DNA of 63,906 nucleotides, counting the filler, from Craspedostauros australis (lineage: Eukaryota), in the NCBI GenBank assembly GCA_030167865.1. It is 17 parts of 17 records of this genome, joined end to end, with 100 filler letters (N's around TTAATTAATTAA, not from the genome) between each part and the next. Parts side by side here need not be neighbours in the genome. Positions count along the whole stretch, not along the records: positions 32,959 to 37,389 come from JALAGF010001867.1; positions 37,490 to 39,462 come from JALAGF010001868.1; positions 39,563 to 55,583 come from JALAGF010001870.1; 14 more parts are not named here. One strand, 5' to 3'. Positions 35,901 through 47,106 of the stretch are shown piece after piece. Each line of letters begins with the position of its first letter. Positions within the stretch are counted from its first letter, which is position 1. The notes beneath the pieces were generated by a model. The model saw nothing but the letters and a program-made list of their open reading frames with translations. It was not told the origin of the DNA and made no database searches. A program made the position numbers and the translations under genes.

Positions 35901-37389
35901 TTCTCGTCGGCGTCTTCGTTGTCTTCGCTCATTGCCTCTTCGATGTCGCTATCGATGGCCTCGCTGTCCATCTCGGCTCCGTCGCCGTATGGACCGATCA
36001 GATCGTTTGCGTTGAAGCAGCATTCGTAGCTTACTTCGCGTCTTGGATCCACCTCGTGGATGATCGGCTCTTCGCTGAGCCACTCCGGGACGATCTCATC
36101 GTCCTGTACTTCGTCGTCACTCCTGACGCACTCGAAGTTATCGAAGAAGGAGTCTTCGATGTAGTCGTCGGACACCAACATGCAGAGCGGCATGTCCTTT
36201 GCCAAGAGTACCATCTCGTGCCCGCTCTTGTCGTGTCCTTCCGTTGCTGTGTTGGCTTGTTCGTTGGCCTTCTTGTTCTCGTTGAACTTCTTCTTTCGGC
36301 ACTCCGCCTCGCGGTGTCCGAAGATGCCACAGTAGTTGCACTTCCCGTTGAAGCCGCTTCCTTTGTTGCAGTTGTTGTTGCGCTTTCCGTTCATCTTGTT
36401 GTTGTTGTTGTTGTTTTTCTTGTTGTTTGATTTCTTGCGTTCTGGGCAATCGGCGGATCTGTGACCATACACACCACAGTTGTGACAGGTGCCCTTGAAG
36501 TTACTGGTGCTTGTGAAGCCGGTGTCGTTGCTCTTCGTGTTGCTGTCTTGGAAGTCGTCGACGTACGCCTTGCCTCCTTGATGGGTGGCGTATGCTGTGC
36601 AGAGTACTCCTCTCACTGTGTTGATGGTAACTAGTTCCGGATTAAACGTGAGTTGATGTTGGAAGTTCACGATGTGGATTCTGTACTCGCTGCTCACCGT
36701 GCTGAGGATTTGCATGATCATTTCCTCGTCCGTGATCTCGTACTTGACATCGTGGAGACGCGATCGTAGACCTTCGAGTTGTGTGATGTAGATGTCGGGG
36801 TCCGTGTCTCTCTTCATCTTTTCGTTGTTGAATTGGCGCTTGAGTTTGATCTTCGTCACCGCATCGGATGGACGGAACTTCTCCTCGAGAACGTTCCACG
36901 CTGCATGTGCATCTCCTTCGGGATAATCGTCAGAGATGCATTGGTTGATGTATTGGATGGCCTGCTTGCCTTTTCCTTTCTCTGCATCCATCATGAGGAT
37001 CAGATCGCTGAAGCAGTCGCATCCCAGTTCGTAGGTTTCCTCCATCGCTTCCTTGGCATCGTCGGTGGCTGCCGCGATTTCACTCACTGTTGGGACCTTG
37101 GTCTTGCCCAACATCACGTCTCTCGTCTTCTGTGCACGAGCGTATGCCTTCGCTTGGGACTCCCATGCGCTATAGTCTTCCTGTTCACCACTGAACATTG
37201 GCGCCTTGATGCGTCGCTTGTTCATGTTGGCTGATGTTGCCATGTTGATTCGTTGTTTTGTCGTTGGTGCGCTCGCGCCCTTGATTTCCGTCTGTTTCTG
37301 TGTTATCGATTCTTCGATTTTCGCTCGTAGTTGCGCGGAGATTGTTTTCGTCACAAATTCTCCTCCTGGTGGTGTCTCACTTTTCCCAC
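32959..37389 (-). mobile_element. Ty1/copia gag-pol (copy 2): gag, two zinc knuckles, extra region, protease, integrase; cut just before RT
   Basis: Uninterrupted frame with WLADSGASCH (protease), LHRMFGH..CRVC (integrase zinc motif), FIDIS..IVDD..RGDNSGE..PQQNGRVERK (integrase core) and EPTTFDGA (pre-RT). Copia domain order. Confidence 0.95.
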
Positions 37390-37489
37390 NNNNNNNNNNN
37401 NNNNNNNNNNNNNNNNNNNNNNNNNNNNNNNNNTTAATTAATTAANNNNNNNNNNNNNNNNNNNNNNNNNNNNNNNNNNNNNNNNNNNN

Positions 37490-39462
37490 CGCTGATCTCC
37501 TTGGATGGATTCTTGACGATGGCTGTGCAAGCCTTGTCGTCGTCTGTTGGCATGATGGGATGCATCTGCACTCTCGTGATGAATCCGTTGGATGTGGGGA
37601 AGACTCGATCGAACACGATCTTCGTTCCGGATCCGTTGATGATGTCCATCAGAATGCCGTTGNTACCAAGCTGGTAACCGTTGTACAGAGCCTTGTTCGT
37701 GGAGAAAAGGTTCACCGCCATCTTGGGTGTGTACTTCACATCATCGAGCCAGATGATGTGGCCAGTGTTGTCTCGCTGTTTGACCTTCAAACGAATGGAT
37801 CCCATCTTGGGAGAATCCAGCTTCGTGCTGTCTCCCACTTGGACGAAGGACTTGATGTGCCGCACGTTGAAGAGAGCGGCGTCCGAGTTGACGATGTGAC
37901 ACGAAGCTCCGCTGTCGGCGAGCCAGGTGTCCTTGTTGACCTTGTCCTTGTGCTTAGTGCTCAGCTCGTGGAGCTGTTCCACAGCTGCCGCAGCTATCTC
38001 GTCGTCGAAGCTGCCGTCATCGTCGTCTTTGTGGACTCCGTCTTCGTTGTATGGATTATAATCCTCGTCAGCTTCGTCGTCGCTTGGTAGTTCAGCGAAG
38101 TTCGCTGGGACGGTGCTGTTACGATGGGCTCTGGTGACCGTGTCATACGGTGTGACGCGTGGTCGCTCGCGCAGGAGCACCTGCATGCATCCTCCGAGCA
38201 CGTAGTGCAAGTCCAGTTCGGAGAGTTCCTCTTCTTCGTTTGCTTGCAGTAGTCGGTTGAGGATGGCTGCATTTGCGAGGATCTCTTCAATCGATTTGAA
38301 GTTATCGGATAGGATGGTGCTTACCATGTTCACCCAAATGTATCGCAATGGTTCGTTCACGAACCCTGGGGACATCGGTAACGCAGCTGTTAGAACCGCG
38401 TCGTAGATGAGCTGCTTCTGCATTCGTTTTGCAGTGACCGTTGGTTCCGGGAAGGTTTGGAGTCGGTAGATGTCGTCGACTCTTCTGGGATTTGGTTCCG
38501 ATGGGAATTGGATTCGGATTGGATAGACGACGTGTTCATATGGATTGAACGCATCGTTTGGACGGTCCTCAGCTTCATCGCTGTCCTCTTCATCGAAGAT
38601 GCCCGTTCTCTCGTTTCGCATTGCTGGAGGATGCGGCGCCTCGGTGCGGTTCGTTCCGTCTCTGATGGTGTCGTCGTCGTCGTCTCCATCTGCGCCGTCC
38701 TCGTCAGCGTCTTCGTCTGAGCCGTCCTCGTCGGCGTCGTCGTCGTCATCGCTCATGGCCTCTTCGATGTCGCTATCGTTGGCCTCGCTGTCCATCTCAG
38801 CTTCGTCGCCGTATGAACCAATCAGGTCGTGCGCGTTGAAGCAGCATTCGTAGCTCACTTCGCGTCTTGGATCCACCTCGTGGATGATTGGCTCCTCGCT
38901 GAGCCACTCCAGGATGATCTCATCATCCTGCACTTCGTCGTCACTTCCAATGTACTCGAAGTTATCGAAGAAGGAGTCTTCGATGTAGTTGTTGGACACC
39001 AACATGCAGAGCGGCATGTCCTTTGCTGAGAGTACCATCTCGTGCCCGCTCTTGTCGTGTCCTTGTGTTGCTGTGTTGGCCTGTTCGTTGGCCTTCTTCT
39101 TCTCGTTGAACTTCTTCTTTCGGCACTCCGCCTCGCAGTGTCCGAAGATGCCGCAGTAGTTGCACTTGCCCTTGAAGCCGCTTCCCTTGTTGCGCTTTCC
39201 GTTCATCTTGTTGTTGTTGTTGTTGTTGTTGTTTTTCTTGTTGTTCGATTTCTTGCGTTCTGGGCAATCGGCGGATCTATGGCCATACACACCACAGTTG
39301 TGGCAGGTCCCCTTGAAGTTACCGGTGCTCGTGAAGCCAGTGTCGTTGTTCTTCGTGTTACTGTCTTGGAAGTCGTCAATGTACACCTTGCCTCCTTGAT
39401 GAGTGGCGTATGCTGTTCGGAGTACTCCTCTGATCGCGTTGATGGTAACCAGTTCTGGATTG
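37490..39462 (-). mobile_element. Ty1/copia gag-protease fragment (copy 3)
   Basis: Closely similar but not identical to ~34670-36643. Two knuckles, the extra region and WLADSGASCH. Confidence 0.95.
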
Positions 39463-40061
39463 NNNNNNNNNNNNNNNNNNNNNNNNNNNNNNNNNNNNNN
39501 NNNNNNTTAATTAATTAANNNNNNNNNNNNNNNNNNNNNNNNNNNNNNNNNNNNNNNNNNNNGGGGGGTGTGCGGAGCCAATGTGGTGCGCGGATTGTGA
39601 AAATGCCAGGGATGATAATGATGATCATGGGTGCTGAAGGTAGGGCGGCATGGTGCCATCGAGAATTTTTCGCACCCACCACCTGACTGACAGCAAGCCA
39701 AAACGACATTAAAAATAAAGTTCATACAAATTTAACTTCGATATTCAGAATAAACGATAGACAAGCGTCAGAATGCACTGTCTATATTTAATTTTAAACG
39801 ATATGGTGTCGAGATATAACATCATAAGCAGTAATTTGGATGGTGTTGGATGTGCTCTATTTTAGTCTACTTTATCACGACTCATCACGAGTAAAACTCC
39901 ACAACTAGTGCTATCGCCTACAGACTCGACGCATTTTCCGGTATCCGCAGGTCGTACATGAAACTATTCCTACGGATGACCGTATCTTTCTCATACCATA
40001 CTCCCACTGTGAACCATCATACGTACTGCACTAGACTATATTATTCTCTAGTCTCATCTTC

Positions 40062-41429
40062 TCAACTACAATAGTTTTCGTCGCTGAGGCCCAATGGATT
40101 GAGTGCCTTCTCATTCCCAATGTACGGCTCCAAGAATGAGAGCGGACGGGCCATCGTCTTCGAGTAGGTGAGCACTCCATGATTGCGGTATTCGTACTCC
40201 ACACTCCCATCAGCATCAAAGATAAACGTGGCACCTCGCCAATCCAGCAGGGTCTGGTCAGGCACGTATTCGCTGAAGTTGGATAGCACCTCCACCATCG
40301 ATCGTAACCTCACAGTCGCCAATTCCGCCGGGCGTTGGTATCCCTTCTCGTTCTTCCACAGGCTCTGGTATTGAATAGGGCCCAGCTTGACATCCGTGAT
40401 GCCCTTGATCTCGATCGGACCAGCGACCACCATCTCGTTCGGGGCCAGCCGTTCGGGTGCTGACCTATCTCCGATGTACCCCCGGATGATCTCTGGCAAC
40501 GTGCCTGGTGCTGCAACGCCAGCACACATGGCCATGTAATTGAGCCACGCACGGGCGACTCCGCGGGCCGTCTCCACGCTCATTGTGCCGTCGCTGTGAC
40601 TGTCGCCATGTTTGGTGTCGATGCTGCGTTCTTCTGCGTTCGCAGCCCCAACCTCCTTTGCAAACCAAAGCAGCAGAGAGGTCGGTACGATGGATGGAAT
40701 GTCCCAGTTGGGTCCCCGATGCAAGCCGAGCGCCTTGTGAATGGAGGCTGCCGGATCCATGCGAATTGTGCTCAATGGCATGCCAGTGAATTCGCTAAAC
40801 ATGCGCGCCGTTTGGCAATCCCCGATCCCAATGATGCGGAGATCGATGTTGGCTGCCTTGAGATCAGGCAGAACGGCGCAGAGCTGCTCCGCATACTCCG
40901 CAGAATCGAAATCGCCGAGCTGCTCCATGACGATGACCATCGTCTTCCTCTCTTCGGTGGGACGTCTTTCGCTTTTACCGCCCTTTCCGAAGACAGTGAA
41001 GAGACCTGCGAAAGGCGTGTTGTCATTTCTAGTCTTCGTCAATGCCTTGCAGGCACGATTGGATGATGGATCGACCACATCAGCGGCGCAGAGCAGCTCG
41101 AAGACGGACGGCGAGCCGCTTGCCGCTGGCTTCGTTCTTTCCTTCGTGGCAACTTGCGATGGGAGCTGCTCTTCGTTCGTCGCCATTCGCAGGTGCGATC
41201 GGATGCATCGTCTGCGGCATGCGCATGTTCTGAGACTGTCGTAACTGTCAGCCACCAACTGTGAAGATGTGAATGGGCTGGCACGATGGTTGTGTTGCCG
41301 AGATGGCTTCGTGTGCATCCATGCGTGGACTGCGAAGGAAGTCTGCGTCTTCGGCATCGTCGTTATCACCGCCGCTATCAGCGCGAGCCACATCATCATC
41401 TTGGAGTTGCGCTCGCACTTGGAAGCCAT
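40062..41429 (-). CDS. AhpC/TSA-like (peroxiredoxin-like 2) protein, probably plastid-targeted
   Basis: Motifs QLGDFDSAEYA, AWLNYMAMCAGVAAPGTL, RGYIGDRSAP, GYQRPAELATVRL and RGATFIFD as in cyanobacterial/algal members. Signal peptide plus transit-like region. True start may be 41399. Confidence 0.82.
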   Translation of the reverse strand: MASKCERNSKMMMWLALIAAVITTMPKTQTSFAVHAWMHTKPSRQHNHRASPFTSSQLVADSYDSLRTCACRRRCIRSHLRMATNEEQLPSQVATKERTKPAASGSPSVFELLCAADVVDPSSNRACKALTKTRNDNTPFAGLFTVFGKGGKSERRPTEERKTMVIVMEQLGDFDSAEYAEQLCAVLPDLKAANIDLRIIGIGDCQTARMFSEFTGMPLSTIRMDPAASIHKALGLHRGPNWDIPSIVPTSLLLWFAKEVGAANAEERSIDTKHGDSHSDGTMSVETARGVARAWLNYMAMCAGVAAPGTLPEIIRGYIGDRSAPERLAPNEMVVAGPIEIKGITDVKLGPIQYQSLWKNEKGYQRPAELATVRLRSMVEVLSNFSEYVPDQTLLDWRGATFIFDADGSVEYEYRNHGVLTYSKTMARPLSFLEPYIGNEKALNPLGLSDENYCS

Positions 41430-42226
41430 CCTGATGGAATGCGGTCTGCTCTGCTCTACTCTACTCTGCTATGTGTTGCTCCGATGGCATGGTACCATGC
41501 ACCTCTGCTCTACTCTACTCGATGGCTCTCCGGAGAATAAAGTTGGTATTGCTCCCATCAGTGAGAAGAGAAGGCAATGCCTCAACGTCGCATCATCGTG
41601 GAAACATCAATTTACAAGATCGCGCTCATGTCGACAACCTCTCCCATGCGTCATCGGCGAATCCAATTTTGATGAGTTTCGTTGCGGATTGGGAGTGACC
41701 TGGATTTTTGCGGGATTGGTGACAGCATTGATTCACGGAAAGAACTGAACCAACAAACGCAACAGAATGGTCTGGAATGCGACCGTACATCCATCGGCTT
41801 CGGTCGTGTTTGATCGAGACGATCACAACCAAAACCATCAACCACAAAAAAAGAAGAAAAGACATCAACAATTTCTCCGCACAAACGCACTTTCGCGAGA
41901 CACACCATCAGCACCATCAGCACCATCACACCATCACACCATCACACCATCACACCAACACACCAACATCACCAACATCAGCACCATCACAATTGCTGTA
42001 TTGATTGTTGCGCAAAGGGAGACTGTCATCTGGAACTGCGCCTTCGCGACATCACCCATCCCAACTACTCCAGAGTGCTCTGCTCTACCTCGGCTATCAC
42101 TACGACTATTTCTACTCGCAGAAGCGTCCATCCAGCCACAACACTAACTCTGATAGCCGCACGAGTGTACGGCAGCAGCAGCAGCAACAACAACAGCGAT
42201 CTACCCTCAGCAGTGACCAAACAAAC

Positions 42227-42961
42227 ATGATGCGATCAGCAACGTTCTTTTCAGTGTGGATGGTGCTCCTTCCGACATCATCGCATGCGTTCACGGCGAG
42301 GATACCCACGCTGATGCCATCGTTGTCGCAGTCTTCGCTGTTGTCTCCATCTCCGTCCGACAGCAGCGCCACGACCGCTGCTCCACCAACGGCACGAACG
42401 AGCACGGTATTATTTGTGCGCAAGGATGAGCAGCGCAAGCGAAAGCGCGTGTCGGAAGACTTGGAACCGCTGTGCTACGTCGAGTTCCCATCGCCCCAGC
42501 AGCGCATGGAGTTGAAGAAGATTGCGACGAAGCGAAACAATCAGCGCAAGCTACAGCGGTTCTTCCTGCCCGCCGAGGAGACTGCGGGGCCGTTCTCACC
42601 GCAAACCTTCGCGGATCTCATGGCGCTACTCGATGACAACGAGCTGGTGGAGGTGCGTGGGATCTCGAAGGAGTCCAAATCGAACGCCTTTTCCACTGCG
42701 GAGCGGCTGGTGGCGGAGTTGAAGATGGAGTACGAAGCGTTGCCTTCCGCCCCGGATGGGGAGAAGATCATTGCGTTGCTCTCCCCCAAGGGTCACTCGG
42801 TCGTCCTGTACGCGGAGATGGCAGATGATCATCCCGACGCGGCGAGCCGAAAGATCGTGCTGCGAACGAGCGTGGGTCAGAAGAATGTGTGGGTGCAGCG
42901 GCCAAAGCCAGAACGGGACAACAGAGGACAGATCATCAGCGAGGCCAGGACGGAATCTTGA
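42227..42961 (+). CDS. CRM (CRS1/YhbY) RNA-binding domain protein, probably plastid-targeted
   Basis: Signal peptide ending SHA-F (diatom ASAF-like), then a Ser/Thr-rich transit peptide. QRMELKKIA...LDDNELVEVRG...KGHSVVLY fits the CRM/YhbY pattern. Confidence 0.7.
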   Translation: MMRSATFFSVWMVLLPTSSHAFTARIPTLMPSLSQSSLLSPSPSDSSATTAAPPTARTSTVLFVRKDEQRKRKRVSEDLEPLCYVEFPSPQQRMELKKIATKRNNQRKLQRFFLPAEETAGPFSPQTFADLMALLDDNELVEVRGISKESKSNAFSTAERLVAELKMEYEALPSAPDGEKIIALLSPKGHSVVLYAEMADDHPDAASRKIVLRTSVGQKNVWVQRPKPERDNRGQIISEARTES

Positions 42962-43459
42962 GTCCTTATTCCTCCAAACCCGGAGTACTGTATGGTAGAA
43001 GCAACGTTTAGAGAACAGTCGACGAGTGAGCTGAAGTTAACTGGAGTACTCTAGTGCAAGTAGTGCTTGCGCAGTTCCCAATGGAGTTCCAATCACTCTC
43101 TCAAAATCTCTCTCCATGGAGTACATGCAACTGTCCAACCCTCAATTCCATCATCGTTCGTGCGTTCGTGCGTTCGTTCGTTCGAGACAGTACAAGAACC
43201 ACTCCATTACTGTCCTTTCAGAGACTGTTTCCTGTTACAGCCAGAGAGGACTTCTTCTGCCCGAGTATGGTGTACATGTGGTATGAGATAGTGCAGCCAC
43301 ACGGCACAGAGAATGCGTGAACCCGTTGCCATTCCGCACCTCGCGGTCTCCCCGCCGTCAAGGCTTACGTATGGCGCATATGTATGGTACGCCATGCTCT
43401 GCTCATAATACATTCTACGCTCGATGATACACTATACACTATACACTATACACACTATT

Positions 43460-45742
43460 CTATATTAGAACCAGCGATGTGATTCCCAAAGCAGCAATAG
43501 CAATAGCCATGCGGGATACCTTCCAGGCTGACGCAGAAGATTCCGTCGAAGACTGGGATTGCGTACCAGAGCCACTGTCCTTGGAATCCTCCCCGTCTGC
43601 ACTGGAGCTGGTGTCCTCGGGCAACTGGCTGGAAGGAGCTGCGTTGGGGTCTTCACTTGGTACTGCGACCGGCGTTGCATCCGTAGGATCCGATCGGGTG
43701 GTAGGAGGGGTTTGCTCCTCCGTGGAGTCTGGGGCCATTGTGGGCACATCGGCTACGCCTGCGCCTGGAGACGTTGTGGACGGCGTGTCATCTGGTAATG
43801 GAAGCAATCCAGTGATGATGTGTACAACGCCGTTATTGGCGAGTAGATCCATGGTTGCAACCTGCACTCCGTTCAGCACGATGGTTGTGGTTTCGTCAAC
43901 GCCACCATTGCCGTTGCTTTCGCTGCTGATCGTTTTGGAAAGCGTGACTGTATGGCCCGACAAGGATCGCACTTGCATTGGTTCCGCCGCGTCGATCTGT
44001 TGCGAAACGTACATGCCCCGCACGACGTGAAGCTTCAGCATTGCCGTGAGCTCATCATGCGACAGCAGCTGGTCCTGCACGCCCACGAAAACCGCATCGA
44101 GGGGAGCAAAGATGGTGAATGGTCCATCATCACTCAACATCGGTTTGAATTGCTTCATGAAGATGGCCATCTGTGACAGCTCATCCAATCCATCAATCAC
44201 GTCGATGAAAGTCTGGCCCATCCAGGCTGGGTTCAAGACGCTATCGATGCCCTGAATGATGGCAGGGTTGAACGCGGGTACGTTGGGAACGACGATGTTT
44301 GCAATGCCGTTGATTTGCGCACCGTTGCCACCGCCATCACCACCTACGGATACGGCGATGGATTCCCCATTCCATGCAGTTGCAGTTACCAGTGCCGGGT
44401 TGGCGACTAGTTCGGTGGTCTTGATGATCTGGTCGAGGACGATGTGACGGTGCAGAAAATCTAGGAGATGGTAGAGATAGCTGGGCTGGTGCTGGAATGC
44501 GGTGAGCAACTGCATAGGCATGTTCTGGAATGCGTCGTTCGTTGGTGCGGCGATGGTGAAGCTGTGCAGGGCATCCAGCACCGAACCCAGGCCGGCGACT
44601 TTCAACAACGATGCCATGATCGAAAACTGCTCCCCACGTCCCTGAAGGATGTGGGTGGCCAGCGGCAACGAGATGGGACCCGCGATGGGGACGAAGAGTC
44701 CATTCCGCACGTAGGTCTCCTGGACCCAGGCATTGCCACTGACTGAGATGTCCCCAAGAGCGCCCTCAATCTTGATGGATGCTCCAAGCAAGGATATCAC
44801 TCCACCACCGGCACTACCGCCACCACCACCATTGGCAGGATCGCCGCCACTAGTAGTCGTAGCAGCAGCTGCAGCAGACGAAACAGTGACGCCGCCACCA
44901 CAAGCACCAGTTGCTGCTGCCACGGTGGCCAGGTCGTCTTCGTACCAATTGTTCGGTGCAATGTGATGCTTCAGAAAGGCGATGACGTTGTCGGGATCTT
45001 GGAACCATGCCGTCATCTCGTCGCTGCTTTGGATGTGCTGATCAATGTTGATGGGGGCGAAGAAGGTGTAGGGCGTCGCATCATCCAGAAGCTTCTGATC
45101 CAGTCCGCTGGATTGCAGCAAGGTGGCCAGCGTGGACGTGCCCGGAAAGAGCTTGGCGGCCTTCATGACATCGAGGGTCGTCCAGAAGGGCGTGAGGACG
45201 GCATCGACGACGTGGACGACGCCGTTGGACGCTAGGATGTCCCGCTCGATGATGGTGGCGCCTCCATCCATGATCCGAATGATGTTGGGATCCGCACTGT
45301 CAGCAACTGAAGACGGCGTGACCGTGAATTCCAGCTCCTCCAGATTGAAGGTGGTGAAGACAAGGCCGTCGGTGAGTTGCCAAGAGTACACTGAGCCACC
45401 GGTGAGATGGTGGTCCACGAGGTTGATCCTGTGGCGACCCCATTCGTCCGATAGGAGCTTGGCGGTGATGTCTGCATCAAGGGCATCAAAGGCAGCATCC
45501 GTTGGCACGAAGGCCGTCTTCCGAGTTCCAGGATCGCCCAGCAACCGTCCCTTGTCAATGAGCTGGTCCAGCTGATGGAATTTGGAGAGGTTGGGATTTG
45601 CGGCGATGGTCTCGTTGATGGTCAGCGCGTGAGTCTTATTGATGGCGCTTGACAGCAATAGCGACGCAGCGAAGCCCAGAGCAGCCTTCGCCGCTGGAGG
45701 AGCGCTTGATGAAGGCCGTAGCCTCTGCTTCCGATGCGCCAT
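43460..45742 (-). CDS. Fasciclin (four FAS1 domains), secreted, probable GPI anchor
   Basis: H1 motifs TAFVPTDAAF, TFFAPIN, TIAAPTNDAF and TIFAPLDAVF; H2 motifs ASNGVVHVVDAVL and ANNGVVHII. N-terminal signal, Ser/Thr/Pro stalk and hydrophobic C-terminal tail after SSA. Confidence 0.92.
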   Translation of the reverse strand: MAHRKQRLRPSSSAPPAAKAALGFAASLLLSSAINKTHALTINETIAANPNLSKFHQLDQLIDKGRLLGDPGTRKTAFVPTDAAFDALDADITAKLLSDEWGRHRINLVDHHLTGGSVYSWQLTDGLVFTTFNLEELEFTVTPSSVADSADPNIIRIMDGGATIIERDILASNGVVHVVDAVLTPFWTTLDVMKAAKLFPGTSTLATLLQSSGLDQKLLDDATPYTFFAPINIDQHIQSSDEMTAWFQDPDNVIAFLKHHIAPNNWYEDDLATVAAATGACGGGVTVSSAAAAATTTSGGDPANGGGGGSAGGGVISLLGASIKIEGALGDISVSGNAWVQETYVRNGLFVPIAGPISLPLATHILQGRGEQFSIMASLLKVAGLGSVLDALHSFTIAAPTNDAFQNMPMQLLTAFQHQPSYLYHLLDFLHRHIVLDQIIKTTELVANPALVTATAWNGESIAVSVGGDGGGNGAQINGIANIVVPNVPAFNPAIIQGIDSVLNPAWMGQTFIDVIDGLDELSQMAIFMKQFKPMLSDDGPFTIFAPLDAVFVGVQDQLLSHDELTAMLKLHVVRGMYVSQQIDAAEPMQVRSLSGHTVTLSKTISSESNGNGGVDETTTIVLNGVQVATMDLLANNGVVHIITGLLPLPDDTPSTTSPGAGVADVPTMAPDSTEEQTPPTTRSDPTDATPVAVPSEDPNAAPSSQLPEDTSSSADGEDSKDSGSGTQSQSSTESSASAWKVSRMAIAIAALGITSLVLI

Positions 45743-47106
45743 CCAATCTGATGAGATGAGGCTTCCCTCGCCTATCCTTTCTCTATATATATATGTATAT
45801 ATATGTATGTATGTTTGCAGCTCTATGTTTGTATTCTGGTATGGCAGTACTGGTCTTTTCTCTTGGCCGAATGTGAAGTGAATATGATTCTGCGTGACGT
45901 GATCCAGCGCAAGAGCGTGAGTTGCTGCCTGTTGCTGCCTTTTGCTCCGTTCTTTCCACTTTCCACTTTCAGAGTTCTACGGTTTGCGTTCTGTGTTGTG
46001 ATTCCTGGATCCACGTGCACCTCAAGTCGGATGCCGTCACCTACAAAAGTGCAGTTGTTGCAGTTGTTGCAGTTGATGCGGCTGATGCTCTTGGTGATGT
46101 TGTGAATGCAGCTATTGGTTCCAATGATGCCAATGATGGCAGACTATCGACCAAGATGGCGATGCGAAGAGACTTGTGCACAATGCGAGGTGGATGCAAT
46201 TTGAGAGCATTTGAAAAACCGTCCAGGTTCGGTCGCTTCGCAGCCCAATCAGCGTGATGAACGGGGACACGAGCTCATCGCAATGATTTCGATGATTGGA
46301 GGGATTGCGCCAACATCGCCAGCAAGGATACCTACCTCCCCTACCTTCACACATGGGCACAAACATGGAGGAGACACGAGTGGACGCAACTGCCACTATT
46401 TGATTTGTTGCCGCGATAACGTCAACACGTGCGGGAGTGTTCTGTGTCATTGGCTCACCAATCAACGGAATCGTGCACATTTTTCCACGATCGAGCAAGC
46501 GGCGAACTTCGGCGCACCTTGCGTGGAAACTCCGAACGGTCGGCACCGAATGAACCGTTCTTCTCTTCTCCGTCTTGCCAAGACACACAAGTGTCGTTGC
46601 GCCAAAGAACAACATCAAATCCGTTCGCGATTGAGACGAGTATCAACGGGCACAACCCAATGCAAGTGGTCCAAACGGTCCATCACAGAAATACAAAACG
46701 GGATTGACGTATTTCTCCCGAACTCCGTCGAAAGCCCTTCCACCACAAAACAGTGAGAACACTCTGCTCTGGCAATCAGGCAGTGATACTGGACACACTA
46801 TTGCTGCTCAACTCTGCCTGCGCCTCCCTACCCTACCCTCGCAAAGAGACAGCTGCTGCAACCAACACAGCCGAGCTGTCCATCCCCACATGCTGTCTGG
46901 AGAGGGTCAGCACTCGTACGCAAGTAGATTCCCGAGGGATGACGAATGCAATAGGATAATGTAGTAATGGTAATAATGGTATAATAGTATTTTGCATGTG
47001 TATGGGATGGTATGGTGCGGTGTGATTTGGCACACGGTGGAATTCGATTGAGCATGGTCGTACCCCACCAATGGATGCCAAGGGCCACATCCATTCGATG
47101 GCAGTT

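Noticed and set aside
32959..39462. Tandem copia array
   Set aside because: The two copies are on separate contigs; their adjacency is an artefact of concatenation.
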